Position numbers and translations under genes: made by a program. From Candidatus Bathyarchaeota archaeon (lineage in GTDB: Archaea > Thermoproteota > Bathyarchaeia > Bathyarchaeales > Bathycorpusculaceae), in the NCBI GenBank assembly GCA_963715865.1, contig OY970280.1, positions 288,001 to 352,000 on the forward strand: 64,000 nt of DNA. The letters run 5' to 3'. Each line of letters opens with the position of its first letter. Position 1 is the first letter of the stretch. Of this stretch, positions 38,874 through 50,027 are shown in pieces. Under the pieces are notes generated by a model. That model was given only the letters and a program-made list of their open reading frames with translations. It was not told the DNA's origin and made no database searches.

Positions 38874-40100
38874 ATGATGTTTAGCAGCTATCAAGGATTG
38901 TCCAGAGAGGCAAAATACCTGATCTATCAGTCGGTATTGCCAGCCGTTGCTTACGGATTGTTCTTTACGGACATATCCTATTTTCTAACTTCTGTTCAGG
39001 GTTTGTCCTATGCTTTTATGGGAATTGTTGTAACAACGATGGGCGTAGCAACTTTCATGGCAAGCATTCCTTTAGGAGTAGCCGCAGATAAGTACGGTAG
39101 GAAGAAAACGCTCATTTTAGGTAACGTGATAGCGGGAATAATAATTGCCATTTTTGCCTTTACCAAAGATCCGATAGCACTGCTGGTTGCTGCAGTTTTT
39201 GAAGGAATTTCTGAGGCAGCATTTTCAGCGTCCAGTGGCGCATTGTTAGCAGAAAAAGCAGAGGCTGCGAAAAGAACCAGCGTTTTTTCGCTATACGGGT
39301 TTGCACAAAGCATTGCGTACGGAGTTGGGAGTTTGGCAATACCGGGGGTTGTGATCTTTGAATTATTGGGTTTCTCTACAAAGACCAGCCATGCCTTGCT
39401 CTATGTCACTGTAGCTGCTCTTAGTCTTTTTTCAACAGTTATTTTGCTAAAGGTCAAAGAATCCGGCAGAACAAAGAAAACCAAAAAACCTGAAATCGAT
39501 GATGCTGCGAAAGGTTCTCGCAAAGAGTCAAGGAGTATCTTGGCGAAATACGTTTTGACAGGCGCAATACTTGCCTTCGGCGCGGGTATGGTGGTACCTC
39601 TAATGACCGCTTGGCTGAGACTGCAATATGGCATTTCAGACGTTATTAGTGGCCCCATATTGGGTGTGGCGAGTATAGTCATTGGGGTTGCAACTCTTGC
39701 TGGTCCGCCAATTGCGAAGAAGCATGGTCTAGTCAAGACGATTGTTGCTACTCAAGCGGCATCCACTGTTTTTATGTTCGCGACCCCACTTTTTTCCAGT
39801 TACATAGTTGCCAGTTCCGTTTACACTGTGCGTGCTTTTCTCATGAACATGGCAAGTCCGCTATCGCAATCGATGATTATGGGGCTCGTTGACGAAAATG
39901 AACGCGGAATGGCTTCGGGGGTTAACGCTGCTCTTTGGAGGTTGCCCAATGCTTTAAGCACTTTTATCGGCGCTTATCTAATGGCTATCGGATTATTGGC
40001 TGCCCCATTCTTTTTGGCAAGCGTGCTCTATTTATTGTCTATTGCACTCTTCTGGTATTATTTTCGAAAAATCAAAATGCCTGAAGAAAAGGCAGCCTAA
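38874..40100 (+). CDS. MFS transporter
   Basis: G..ADKYGRK motif A and 12 TM helices. Confidence 0.85.
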   Translation: MMFSSYQGLSREAKYLIYQSVLPAVAYGLFFTDISYFLTSVQGLSYAFMGIVVTTMGVATFMASIPLGVAADKYGRKKTLILGNVIAGIIIAIFAFTKDPIALLVAAVFEGISEAAFSASSGALLAEKAEAAKRTSVFSLYGFAQSIAYGVGSLAIPGVVIFELLGFSTKTSHALLYVTVAALSLFSTVILLKVKESGRTKKTKKPEIDDAAKGSRKESRSILAKYVLTGAILAFGAGMVVPLMTAWLRLQYGISDVISGPILGVASIVIGVATLAGPPIAKKHGLVKTIVATQAASTVFMFATPLFSSYIVASSVYTVRAFLMNMASPLSQSMIMGLVDENERGMASGVNAALWRLPNALSTFIGAYLMAIGLLAAPFFLASVLYLLSIALFWYYFRKIKMPEEKAA

Positions 40101-41152
40101 CCATGTGGGGTTCTGTTTAGGATTCGCTCAATAGTGGCTGCTGTCGTTTCCACATGTTCCTTTTCTATTCCTCTATGCGTTACCAGGCGGACTTTATTCT
40201 TCGCTTGAGCTAAGGCTAAAATACCGTTTTCCTTGAGTTTTAGAAGAAAAGAATCACAGTCTATTCCTGAATGAACGAGGTCGAAAGTGACAATGTTTGT
40301 CTGAACGTTTTTTAAGTCAATCTTGATTCCATTGATTTTTGATAGTTTTTCAGCCAACAATTTAGCGTTTTCGTTGTCTGTTCTTAACCTATCAATCATC
40401 TTTTCCAACGCTATTATGCCTGGCGCGGCGATGATGCCTGCTTGGCGCATTCCGCCACCCAAGATTTTCCTTGTTTTCCTCGCTCTTTGGATAAAATCTC
40501 GACTGCCAACTATTATTGAACCAATAGGACAGCTTAAACCTTTAGAAATACAAAACATTAAGTTGTCAACATGCTTGGTGAACTCTTTCACATCAGTGTT
40601 CAAGGCAACGGACGCATTAAATATTCTCGCGCCATCCATGTACAGTCTTAAAGAGTGCTTCTTAGCTACGTCACTTATTGCTTTCAATTGAGCGGGGGTA
40701 ACTATGGTTCCTCCATAACGGTTATGCGTATTTTCCACACATATCAGCGAAGCTTCTGGATAACTAAGGTTTCTTGGTCGTAATGCCTCTTCTATCTGTT
40801 GCGGTTCAAATGCCCCGCCGACTGCTTTTAAGGGCCACGGAAGCAAACCAGCGATGGTGGAGACGCCTCCAACTTCATACCAGTAAATATGAGATTCAGC
40901 TTCCAGTAGCACCAACTCGCCTCTATTGCAGTTGCTCATGAGCGATGTTAAGTTAGCCTGAGTTCCGCTTGGAACCAGAAGCGCTGCTTCTTTTCCCATC
41001 TTCTCCGCCGCCATCTCCTGCAGCCTATTGACGGTAGGGTCTTCGCCGTAAACATCATCGCCCAGGCTTGCATGTTTAATCGCTTCAAGCATCTCTTCTG
41101 TTGGCAACGTAACCGTGTCGCTTCTTAAGTCAATAAATTCCCTGTTGGGCAA
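40097..41152 (-). CDS. ltaE: Low-specificity L-threonine aldolase (PLP)
   Basis: IDLRSDTVT, GDDVYGEDPT, SGTQAN, ENTHN, DGARIFNA, CISKGL and GGGMRQAG. Likely TTG start at 41152. Confidence 0.9.
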   Translation of the reverse strand: MPNREFIDLRSDTVTLPTEEMLEAIKHASLGDDVYGEDPTVNRLQEMAAEKMGKEAALLVPSGTQANLTSLMSNCNRGELVLLEAESHIYWYEVGGVSTIAGLLPWPLKAVGGAFEPQQIEEALRPRNLSYPEASLICVENTHNRYGGTIVTPAQLKAISDVAKKHSLRLYMDGARIFNASVALNTDVKEFTKHVDNLMFCISKGLSCPIGSIIVGSRDFIQRARKTRKILGGGMRQAGIIAAPGIIALEKMIDRLRTDNENAKLLAEKLSKINGIKIDLKNVQTNIVTFDLVHSGIDCDSFLLKLKENGILALAQAKNKVRLVTHRGIEKEHVETTAATIERILNRTPHG

Positions 41153-41301
41153 TCGCCATACCTCTAAGTGCCTTTGTTTACCCTTGCTAATTAATATTTC
41201 ACAAATCCTCAATTCACGAAAAAATCACTGAACTTCGTACTTTCTTCTGGGCTTGTTAACGTCAGAAAGGCTTTTAATTTGTTTAACCGTTACTGAAATC
41301 C

Positions 41302-41520
41302 ATGGAAGAGGCAAGAAAACGGTCCGTAGTCAAATCAGTAGTCTGGAGAATAATTTGTATAGTCGTCAGTTTATTCACAACACTTCTTTTGACTGGAAGG
41401 TGGGACATTGCTTTGGCTGTCGGAACACTATACAACGCGATAACCATGATATTATATTATTTTCACGAAAGATTTTGGAACAAGATAAAATGGGGAATGA
41501 AGCAGACCGATTCGGATTAA
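41302..41520 (+). CDS. DUF2061-like small membrane protein
   Basis: KRSVVKSVVWR...YYFHERFWNKIKWG. Confidence 0.78.
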   Translation: MEEARKRSVVKSVVWRIICIVVSLFTTLLLTGRWDIALAVGTLYNAITMILYYFHERFWNKIKWGMKQTDSD

Positions 41521-41640
41521 AAACTTCGGTTGTACTCCTATATGGCGAAGGCTGCATGCCAAGAAGGCAAAACGAAAATTAAATAAGCGAAGACGTTCAG
41601 AGCAAGAATTGCCGAATTTGGGCATCTGAGGTGAATCACC

Positions 41641-42042
41641 ATGTCGCTTGTAATGAAGCGTGTTTTCGGGTTGAGAACTGTTTTGATGAAAGCTGCATGT
41701 TTTTGGCTTGCCTTGGTGATAGCCGATTTTGTTATGGTGTACTTGTTTGGTCCCCAGATTTGGTCTTATGCTGGTTACTTCTTTGGGAATGATGTTAGAA
41801 TTACGTTAGGCGTTCTCATGTTTATTGAGGGCGGAGTTCTTCTCGCATTGGGTACACTGTGGGCTTCCGGCTCTATGGAAAACGTGCATTATGGCAAATA
41901 TGGAAAAACCTATGCCTATTTCAGTAAGGAAGACTGGGAAAAGCGTCGAGAGCAAATAGAAAACCCAAGCGATGTCGTCAAGATTCTAATGCTGACTGGT
42001 GGAGTTATCCTAATAACTTCTATCATCTTAGTCCTTGCATAG
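41641..42042 (+). CDS. Hypothetical membrane protein
   Basis: Three hydrophobic helices; RBS GAGGTG upstream. Confidence 0.6.
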   Translation: MSLVMKRVFGLRTVLMKAACFWLALVIADFVMVYLFGPQIWSYAGYFFGNDVRITLGVLMFIEGGVLLALGTLWASGSMENVHYGKYGKTYAYFSKEDWEKRREQIENPSDVVKILMLTGGVILITSIILVLA

Positions 42043-42106
42043 GCAAGAGAAAATCGTCTAATTGAAGTGGTTCTTTCTGCTTGAGAAAAGCTCAATTTAT
42101 GTTTTG

Positions 42107-43132
42107 TCAAGCCATAGTGCATGCAACAAAATGGCCTTTCTTGACCTCGATTAGTTCGGGTCTTTTTTCAGTGCATGCCGCCGTTGCTCGAGGGCATCTG
42201 GGATTGAAACGGCAGCCTGAAGGAGGCGTAATTGGACTTGGGACTTCTCCTCTCAAACGTGCTTTAATATTTTTTACTTTCGGGTCGGGTATGGGTACCG
42301 CTTCAATTAATGCTTGAGTATACGGATGAAGCGGATTATCGAATAACTCATCAGTGTCTGCTAACTCAACTATTTCTCCTAGGTACATAACGCCTACTCG
42401 CTGGCTAATCTGCCGTACAGAACTTAAATCATGAGATATGTACAAAAAGGATAGCCCTATTGTCCTCTGCAGGTCGCCCAGCAAATTGAGAATCTGTGCC
42501 CTAATTGAAACATCTAACGATGAAACAGGCTCATCAGCGACTATGAACTCAGGTTCGACTGCGAGGGCTCGAGCTATACAGATTCTCTGCCGCTGTCCAC
42601 CGCTGAATTCGTGCGGATATCTCTCAGCATGATATTCTTCCAGCCCTACGAGTTTTAGAAGTTCGTAAACTCGTTCACATCGTTTTTCTTTCGCAACATG
42701 TTTGTGGATGATAAGGGGTTCAGAGACAATGTCACTAATGGTCATTCTTGGATCAAGTGAACCGTAGGGGTTTTGGAAGATCATCTGCATTTTTCTTCTA
42801 AGCTTCAGCTTCTCCTCTTTATCGGCTGATTTGAACTTTTCAAATATATTTTCCCCATCAATAATAACTTCCCCTGAAGTAGGCTCAATCAAATTCAAGA
42901 TTAGCCTGGCAGTCGTTGTTTTTCCACATCCGCTTTCCCCAACCAATGCGAACGTTTCTTGCTTGTTAATGTCGAAACTAATGCCATCGACAGCGTGAAC
43001 TTGCCCAACTTGCTTTTTCGTCAACACCCCTGTTGAGTAAACGGGGAAGTACTTGACAAGGTTCTTAACCTGAATAAAACCAGAATCGAACACTTTTACT
43101 GGTTCTCTCCTTTCAGCATAAGGTTTCCCCAT
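42107..43132 (-). CDS. Oligopeptide/dipeptide ABC transporter ATPase (OppF/DppF-type)
   Basis: GESGCGKT, FSGGQRQR, DEPVSSLD and PSGCRFNPRC. Confidence 0.92.
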   Translation of the reverse strand: MGKPYAERREPVKVFDSGFIQVKNLVKYFPVYSTGVLTKKQVGQVHAVDGISFDINKQETFALVGESGCGKTTTARLILNLIEPTSGEVIIDGENIFEKFKSADKEEKLKLRRKMQMIFQNPYGSLDPRMTISDIVSEPLIIHKHVAKEKRCERVYELLKLVGLEEYHAERYPHEFSGGQRQRICIARALAVEPEFIVADEPVSSLDVSIRAQILNLLGDLQRTIGLSFLYISHDLSSVRQISQRVGVMYLGEIVELADTDELFDNPLHPYTQALIEAVPIPDPKVKNIKARLRGEVPSPITPPSGCRFNPRCPRATAACTEKRPELIEVKKGHFVACTMA

Positions 43133-44100
43133 TCATAACAGGCTACAAAATGTTCTGGCCCTACCTGTTCGAGGACAGGTGGTGCTTCTGAGCATCTCTC
43201 AGTTGCGTATTTACATCGTGGATGGAAGCGGCATCCTGAGGGAGGTTCAATTAAGTTTGGAATATTACCGGGAATTATGCTTAACGTTTTCCTCCTATCA
43301 AGCCTGGGAACAGCTGCAAGCAACAATGCAGTATAGGGGTGCCTAGGATGTTCATAAAGATCCTCAGTTTTTGCAATTTCACAGACGTTTCCTGCGTACA
43401 TTACAACCACTCTGGTTGTCATTTTAGCGATTATTCCCATATCATGAGTAATCATTACCAAGGACATCCCCATTTTCTTCTTCAAATCTTCGAGCAGGTC
43501 TAAAACTTGCGCTTGAATAGTCACGTCTAAAGCTGTGGTTGGCTCGTCTGCAAACAGAAGAGTTGGTTGAAGAGCTAAAGCCCGTGCAATTGCAACCCGC
43601 TGTTTCATGCCTCCACTGAATTGATGGGGGAACTCTCGCATCCTAATTTCAGGGTCAGGAATGCCTACTAAACTCATGAGTTCAACTATTTTTTCATGAG
43701 TTCCTTCTTTAGATACAGATTTGTGGGCTAACAATACGTCCCTAAGCTGTTTTTCAACATTGTACACAGGGTTTAAGGAGGAAGAAGGATCTTGAAATAT
43801 TATAGCTATCTCGCTACCACGGAGAGATTGCATTTGTTTTTCACTTTTCGTCAGCAAGTTTTCCCCTTTGAACTCGATTTTTCCTTCCACTATCCTTCCA
43901 GGTTTAGGAACAATCCGAAGCACTGAAAGCGCAGTAACAGTTTTCCCTGATCCTGATTCACCGACAAGGCCTAAAGACTCTCCTTTCCTAATGTCAAAGG
44001 ACATGCCGTCAACCGCTTTCACGATTCCAGCTTCAGTGAAAAAATACGTTTTTAATCCTTCAATCTTGAGCAGTGTTTCGGTCATTTCGTGTTTCTCCAT
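43096..44100 (-). CDS. Oligopeptide/dipeptide ABC transporter ATPase (OppD/DppD-type)
   Basis: GESGSGKT, FSGGMKQR, DEPTTALD and GCRFHPRC. Confidence 0.92.
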   Translation of the reverse strand: MEKHEMTETLLKIEGLKTYFFTEAGIVKAVDGMSFDIRKGESLGLVGESGSGKTVTALSVLRIVPKPGRIVEGKIEFKGENLLTKSEKQMQSLRGSEIAIIFQDPSSSLNPVYNVEKQLRDVLLAHKSVSKEGTHEKIVELMSLVGIPDPEIRMREFPHQFSGGMKQRVAIARALALQPTLLFADEPTTALDVTIQAQVLDLLEDLKKKMGMSLVMITHDMGIIAKMTTRVVVMYAGNVCEIAKTEDLYEHPRHPYTALLLAAVPRLDRRKTLSIIPGNIPNLIEPPSGCRFHPRCKYATERCSEAPPVLEQVGPEHFVACYEWGNLMLKGENQ

Positions 44101-45092
44101 TAGTCTTTGAGCCTTGGGTTAAGGGCGTCCGATAGTCCGTCTCCTAAGAGGTTAAAGCCGAAAACGGTTATGAGAATCGCAATGCCAGGGTAAAGTTCAG
44201 CCCACCAAACTATTCTCATATCTGAGAAGTTGTTCTCAAGTATCTGTCCCCAAGTCATCGTGTTAACGTCTCCGAAGCCTAAGAAACTCACTCCGGCTTC
44301 CAGAAGAATTGCATACGCTATTGTGAGGCTTGCCACAACAATTATCGATGAAAGAATGTTTGGAAGTATGTGTCTGAAAATTATTCTTTTGTTGCTTGCG
44401 CCCAGTGCTTTTTCTGCCTCGACAAATTCAAGTTCTCTGACTCTCAGGAATTCGCCCCGTACCATCCTGGCGTCTCCCGGCCAGTTAAAGGCGGCTAAGA
44501 CTAAGATTACTATGGTCAAGCCGATTGGGATGCTGATTCCGAGAAAATTGAAGGATGTGCCGACGCCTGCGCCTAACGTAAATACTCTTACGAAAATCAA
44601 GATGAATAAGAGTGAGGGGAATACAAGAAATACCTCGGTTATTCTCATTAGAACGTTATCAATCCATGACCCGAAATACCCCGCGACGGCACCGACAACT
44701 ATCGCGATAGCCATCGTGATTGCAGTTACAACTACACCAACGTAAAGCGCGTACTTTGTTCCATGGAGAATGTCACTAAGAACATCTGTTCCCAAAACAT
44801 CTGTGCCCAAGAGATATTTAGAGTTTGGAGGAGTTCGAACTTCGCCGTTATAAAACGGTGTTAACGCATTTGGGTTGGGAAACGCTGGATAAGGCGCAAG
44901 AAAGTCTCCAAAAATTCCTACAAAAACCACAGCAAGCACAATGATTAGACCAACAACGCCTGCCTTGTTTCTTATAAATCTTCTCCATGCAACTGCCCAC
45001 TGACTTGCAGATCTTCGTTTTCGTCCCGCGTTTGATTTATTGTTTTCTTGATTCATAGAGTGACATCTACCTAATCCTAACTCTAGGATCAA
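44100..45092 (-). CDS. Oligopeptide ABC permease (OppC/DppC-type)
   Basis: LGTD..G.D, EAA-type loop (EFVEAEKALGA), HILPN and EAGVSFLG. Confidence 0.9.
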   Translation of the reverse strand: MILELGLGRCHSMNQENNKSNAGRKRRSASQWAVAWRRFIRNKAGVVGLIIVLAVVFVGIFGDFLAPYPAFPNPNALTPFYNGEVRTPPNSKYLLGTDVLGTDVLSDILHGTKYALYVGVVVTAITMAIAIVVGAVAGYFGSWIDNVLMRITEVFLVFPSLLFILIFVRVFTLGAGVGTSFNFLGISIPIGLTIVILVLAAFNWPGDARMVRGEFLRVRELEFVEAEKALGASNKRIIFRHILPNILSSIIVVASLTIAYAILLEAGVSFLGFGDVNTMTWGQILENNFSDMRIVWWAELYPGIAILITVFGFNLLGDGLSDALNPRLKD

Positions 45093-46068
45093 TGTAAACG
45101 TAGAGAATGTCCATTATGAGATTTGCTATTAGCGCCATTACTGTGATTATCATTGTTATTCCCATAATTGTTGGAAAATCCAAGTTAAGAGTTGATGAAA
45201 CATATTGGCGTCCGAGACCTGGCCAACTGAAAACGTATTCAGTCATAGGAGCGCCGGCAATCATAGTCCCAAGTGCTATTGCAAGAAAAGTCAGCGCAGG
45301 CGTGATTGCGTTTCTAAGTGCGTACCCGTAGACCACTTTTCTTTCGCTGATGCCACTTGCTCTTGCGGCTAAAATGTAATCAGATCTCAGAGCTTCTAGC
45401 ATGTTTGCTCTGATTAGGCGGATGTTTTGAGCTAGTGAAACGTAAACAAGTACCGCCACTGGCAAAATTAGATGCGCAATTTGGTCAAGTACTGGGTTGC
45501 CCCACCACACGAATCCTGCTGCTCCTTGTGAACCTGCTGAGGGTAGCCAGCCAAGCGTGAATGAAAATACGATGATGAGGATGAGCCCAAACCAGAAAGT
45601 TGGCATTGAAACTCCGAAGAGTGAGAATGAAGTTACTGTAACATCTTGCTTCGAGTATGGTTTTCTCGCTGAGTTTACCGCAATCGGTATAGAAATTGCG
45701 AACGCGATTAATTGTGAAAATATTTGAAGTTCCATAGTTGGCCAAATCTTTGGTTCTATTATGAGATTAACAGGTTGTCCACCGTAAAGTGATTTGCCGA
45801 AATTCAACTGTAGAATGTTTGTTAGCCAGGTTAAATATTGAATTGGTATTGGCTTATTTAGTCCATAATACGTACTCAACGCATTGAGCGTCGCTGCATC
45901 TATGTTTGGCTTTCCAATTCTGATAAGATCAAGAGGGTTTCCGGCAGCATACATTGCTACGAAAGCTATAATCGAGATTCCCAATGCTACGGGAATCATA
46001 TAAAGGAGCCTCCTTACGATGTACCTGAGCATTGAGCTTCCAGCAAGAGCTCTCAGCTTCTTTAGCAA
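45067..46068 (-). CDS. Oligopeptide ABC permease (OppB/DppB-type)
   Basis: YIVRRLL, GL.KP...QY..W, SMPTFW, DYILAARASG and F.WPGLG. Confidence 0.9.
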   Translation of the reverse strand: MLKKLRALAGSSMLRYIVRRLLYMIPVALGISIIAFVAMYAAGNPLDLIRIGKPNIDAATLNALSTYYGLNKPIPIQYLTWLTNILQLNFGKSLYGGQPVNLIIEPKIWPTMELQIFSQLIAFAISIPIAVNSARKPYSKQDVTVTSFSLFGVSMPTFWFGLILIIVFSFTLGWLPSAGSQGAAGFVWWGNPVLDQIAHLILPVAVLVYVSLAQNIRLIRANMLEALRSDYILAARASGISERKVVYGYALRNAITPALTFLAIALGTMIAGAPMTEYVFSWPGLGRQYVSSTLNLDFPTIMGITMIITVMALIANLIMDILYVYIDPRVRIR

Positions 46069-46247
46069 ATCTGAAGCCTCGTTTTTAAATGCTTAGTCCC
46101 TATCGGCGTTGATTGTACTTAAGGTTTTTTGAATGATGCCCTTCATAGGAAAATTAGTTAGTATTTGCACAGGCGATGGTCTTTTTTCGGGGGTTATAGC
46201 AAATTTAATATACAAATAGTTATCAAAAATAGAGCCCAGGGAGAAAA

Positions 46248-48485
46248 ATGGGCATTAATACAAAAGTTTTGACAGTTTTTCTAATCTTGGCTTTTGCAGC
46301 TTCAATGATAGCACCTTTAACGGTAGTCAATGCGCAACACACATCATTGTTCAACGTAACCATAATTTCACCCGGCAATGCTAACCTTCTTAGACGTCAA
46401 TGGACGCAAGTCTTCGCAAGCAACTTACAACAGTTGGGTATCGATGCTAAAGTTGTTTATCTAGACTGGACGAGTTGTTACGACCGCGTTTTAACACCTG
46501 CCCCCTCCACCGTAGGCAAAACATATGATCAAAATGGATACGACATATTTGCTCTCGGATGGACTCCGGGAACAGTGCCCGAACCACGGCAAGTCTACTA
46601 CGGAGGAGACCAAGCGTTCTTTGCTCCTTCAGGACAAAACTATTATCTTTGGAACAATTCGCAATCCAACAGTCTGCTTGACCAATTCATAACCTCCACA
46701 AGCGATTCTGATAAAGCAAACTTGCTCGACCAGTGGCAACAGCTTTACTACGACGAAGTACCAGCATCACAAATAATGTATCAGGCGGCGCCCGCTGTCG
46801 TCAATCCAGCTATAGGCAACTTATACACGCCTGCAACAGGAGGAGGAGAAGGATGGCTTTACTTCAACGCACAGCCTTACCCACAATTGCTGACCCGCAG
46901 TGATGGCAAAACTTCGATAACTTACTGCTCCACCTCATCAATTGACGCTCTCAACCCTCCAGAATCCAACAGCTGGTATGATACAATCGTGTATGTGCCA
47001 ATTTTTGACGGCTTAGCTGAAGTATGGCCAACAATGAATGGTCTAAGCGACCTTGAGACTCCAGCTTTGCTGGCTTCTTGGAGCCATAGCACTGACGGCT
47101 TTACTTGGACATTCAACTGCAGACAAAACGCTACATGGCAAGACGGTCAGCCATTCACTGCTGACGATGTCGTTTACTCATTATGGGCTTTGATGAATTC
47201 AGAGACAGGTTCTCAATTCGTGGGCTACTATCAAAGCGTCTATGGAGACAACGTAAAGTTCACTTACTCAGACGGTAAATCTGTCACCCTAGGAAGCGGC
47301 AGTAGAACAGGCACCATAACTGCAACTGATAAGAATACAGTTACCGCGACTCTTCCAGCTGTAGCCAATGGAAAACCATACGGCGACTTCGAACCTTTCT
47401 TGCTGTCCCTCGCCAATAACATTATACCAAAACACATCTTTGAGAACATTGCTCCAGCAGACTGGTCTACTTCACCATTCAACACAGGCCAGGGATCAAT
47501 GACTATAAACGGCATTACCTACAACGGCCCGGTAGGCACTGGACCATACAAGTGGGTAAGCTATGACCCAACAGCTCAAGTTATACACCTTCAGAAATAT
47601 GACAACTATTGGAATGCGACTGGTTTGGAAAGCATGGGGCTGTTCCAGATAAAAGACTACTACATTCGGTTCATCGCTGACAAAACATCTGCCTTGGCGG
47701 CTTTAAAGAATGGCGAAGTTGATATGCTTGACTACAACTATCAAATGCAGACAGACATTCCATCAATTGACCCATCATGGGGCAGAGTTCTTAATTTGAA
47801 TGGTGTTGGCAGGCAAGAATTCGGGTACAACATGCAGCACCCAATCTTCGGCACTGGAGTTGACACTCCACTAGGGCAATCCGATCCTTCAAAAGCAGCA
47901 GAAGCAGCCAGAGATGTCCGTGTAGCATTTGACTATGCAATTCCACGACAGCTAATTATCAACAATCTGCTTTCTGGTTACGGAACACCCGGAGCAACAC
48001 CGATGTTACCTTCACAGCCGTACTACGACAGTTCGGTAACAGCAAGACCCTACGACCTTTCTCAAGCTAGGCATTACTTAGAATTAGCAGGTTATTCTCC
48101 GCCGACAAGTAATGGGGTTGGTACGGTAAACTTGCAAGGTACCTTCAATGATACGAGTGGAGCAGCAAAGCCAAACGCTACGGCGACATTAATGCAGACA
48201 ACTGACAACTCAACTTTCCCAAGCTCATTAGAGGCAGTGTCACATACGACAACAGACATAAACGGATTCTACAGTTTTACGGTCACTCCGACTGCTGGAA
48301 CATACTACTATTATCTTATGGATAACTCAACAGGCACACCACAATACACCTATCTTCAAAGCTATACTGTAGCGGCAGCTTCACCGTTTAACCTAACCGT
48401 AGTGTTGGCAATAGCAATTGCCGTGATAGTCGTAATTGTCGTTGTGGTTATCGTTGCGAGAAGACGACGCAAATCCAAAAAATGA
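46248..48485 (+). CDS. ABC solute-binding protein family 5 with C-terminal TM anchor
   Basis: Signal peptide, W.DG.PFTADDV, PVGTGPYK and VR.A..YAI.R, with a C-terminal hydrophobic helix plus RRRRKSKK. Divergent from the permeases. Confidence 0.88.
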   Translation: MGINTKVLTVFLILAFAASMIAPLTVVNAQHTSLFNVTIISPGNANLLRRQWTQVFASNLQQLGIDAKVVYLDWTSCYDRVLTPAPSTVGKTYDQNGYDIFALGWTPGTVPEPRQVYYGGDQAFFAPSGQNYYLWNNSQSNSLLDQFITSTSDSDKANLLDQWQQLYYDEVPASQIMYQAAPAVVNPAIGNLYTPATGGGEGWLYFNAQPYPQLLTRSDGKTSITYCSTSSIDALNPPESNSWYDTIVYVPIFDGLAEVWPTMNGLSDLETPALLASWSHSTDGFTWTFNCRQNATWQDGQPFTADDVVYSLWALMNSETGSQFVGYYQSVYGDNVKFTYSDGKSVTLGSGSRTGTITATDKNTVTATLPAVANGKPYGDFEPFLLSLANNIIPKHIFENIAPADWSTSPFNTGQGSMTINGITYNGPVGTGPYKWVSYDPTAQVIHLQKYDNYWNATGLESMGLFQIKDYYIRFIADKTSALAALKNGEVDMLDYNYQMQTDIPSIDPSWGRVLNLNGVGRQEFGYNMQHPIFGTGVDTPLGQSDPSKAAEAARDVRVAFDYAIPRQLIINNLLSGYGTPGATPMLPSQPYYDSSVTARPYDLSQARHYLELAGYSPPTSNGVGTVNLQGTFNDTSGAAKPNATATLMQTTDNSTFPSSLEAVSHTTTDINGFYSFTVTPTAGTYYYYLMDNSTGTPQYTYLQSYTVAAASPFNLTVVLAIAIAVIVVIVVVVIVARRRRKSKK

Positions 48486-48513
48486 TTAGTCTCTTCCTCT
48501 CTTCTTTTTTTAT

Positions 48514-48891
48514 TTAAGCCCCAAAAAATGATATTAGTATTGATTCAACGAACAAGATTACGGCCAAGATAATGTATTTGTTGGCTTTTCTCTCGCTTTT
48601 TCTGAGTTTTTCAATTGACCATTGCTCATCAGAAGACTTAAGAACGTATTCCTTGGTTTTACTGGACAAAACAGAACCCGAAAATGCAAGCGCGCCGCCC
48701 ACCAAGAAAGAAACACCCGTTTCTATCAATGTTATTTTGGAAAAATAGCCTGAAAAGGCAAGATTAGTCAAGGTAGAGCCTGAAAAAACCAAAATGGCAA
48801 ATAACAAGGCGTTAACGGTCCAAATAATCAGGTTTCCTTTTAGAACCCAAATCAACTGCCTCTGCCAAGATGAGTTTGTCATATTCTTCAA
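48514..48891 (-). CDS. Hypothetical three-TM membrane protein
   Basis: Hydrophobic helices in an arrangement similar to 41641..42042. Confidence 0.6.
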   Translation of the reverse strand: MKNMTNSSWQRQLIWVLKGNLIIWTVNALLFAILVFSGSTLTNLAFSGYFSKITLIETGVSFLVGGALAFSGSVLSSKTKEYVLKSSDEQWSIEKLRKSERKANKYIILAVILFVESILISFFGA

Positions 48892-49075
48892 GTTTATAGT
48901 GACTCATTCCTTTATATTTCTCTCTAATTCGCGGACGCTTGTACCTAAATCCTCAGATTGCTGTTGCAATCACGCTTAATGGTCAAGTATGGTTCTCATG
49001 AGTTTTCTCAAAAATCCATTTTAAGCACACGTTAGGATTACCACAATATTCTCAACCAACAACTAGGCAAAAAAA

Positions 49076-49324
49076 TTAGGTGGTAACGAGTTTTTCCTCT
49101 TCTTTCTCCAGCACAACCAGAAAATCAAGCGGCGACTCCTCGGCGGATTGGGCAACATGCGTGCCAGCAAGGTTTTTCCTCATCGCAAGGCTCTCATTTG
49201 CCAGCAAAGCTCCAAATATCATGGCTCCCAAGCTTCCGAACATACAAATGTACCGAGTGAAAATGCCAAAAAGAGGTTGAGCTGTTTGGGACCAGCCAAA
49301 CAAGGCGAAAGCCAAAGCTGGCAC
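49076..49324 (-). CDS. Small hypothetical membrane protein (start uncertain)
   Basis: Two hydrophobic segments and an acidic tail. It may be frameshifted from an ATG at 49412. Confidence 0.4.
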   Translation of the reverse strand: MPALAFALFGWSQTAQPLFGIFTRYICMFGSLGAMIFGALLANESLAMRKNLAGTHVAQSAEESPLDFLVVLEKEEEKLVTT

Positions 49325-49517
49325 ACCAATACTGCGGTTTGCTGAAGAACTTCTTGAATTTTGAGAAAAGATTCTTAATCCTGCACGGTACGCCCGCTAT
49401 AAACCCAAACATGAACTACTATATGTAATCCGCCTCAAAAAATAAGCATTGAACACAAAACAAGCCAAAAACGCAAATACTCAGTTAATAAATAAAAGAG
49501 AGATATTAGAGATGCTA

Positions 49518-50027
49518 TTAAGCGGAGACGGGGACAATATCTACCTCGTATACATGACTCGCCAACGATGCACCTATATCCCAAGTGACTGTGACCTTAT
49601 CGTTTTGGGCTGCAGGATTTCCTTGTGCAATGTACACGATGCCTTGGCTTGCGCCGTCTTGCTTGAGAGTAACCTTGTATGCTTGGGAATTATCGGTATT
49701 GGTGACGTTCACTGTCACACTGTACGTATAGTCCCCCTTAGTGATGACTGTATTAGCGGCAGAACCTCCTTCTGACGTCATCGCAACGGCAGACCCAATT
49801 GTGCTGCCCGCAGCGTCAGCAGTCGCAGTGGCGATTGAAGTACTGAAACCGTTAACACTTAAGTCCCCTGTAAGGGTGAAGACTTCACCATTGATAGTCG
49901 TTACGGAGCGTTGGCTGATTGGGCCAACAGCGAATGCTACCATTGCTCCTGTTAATCCTGCTAAGGCTATAACGATCAACATCAGATATGCTGGAACTTG
50001 TTTTCGTGAGAGACTCATCTTTTCCAA
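49518..50027 (-). CDS. Secreted/surface beta-rich hypothetical protein
   Basis: N-terminal basic-plus-hydrophobic signal and a Thr/Ala/Val-rich body. Confidence 0.65.
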   Translation of the reverse strand: MEKMSLSRKQVPAYLMLIVIALAGLTGAMVAFAVGPISQRSVTTINGEVFTLTGDLSVNGFSTSIATATADAAGSTIGSAVAMTSEGGSAANTVITKGDYTYSVTVNVTNTDNSQAYKVTLKQDGASQGIVYIAQGNPAAQNDKVTVTWDIGASLASHVYEVDIVPVSA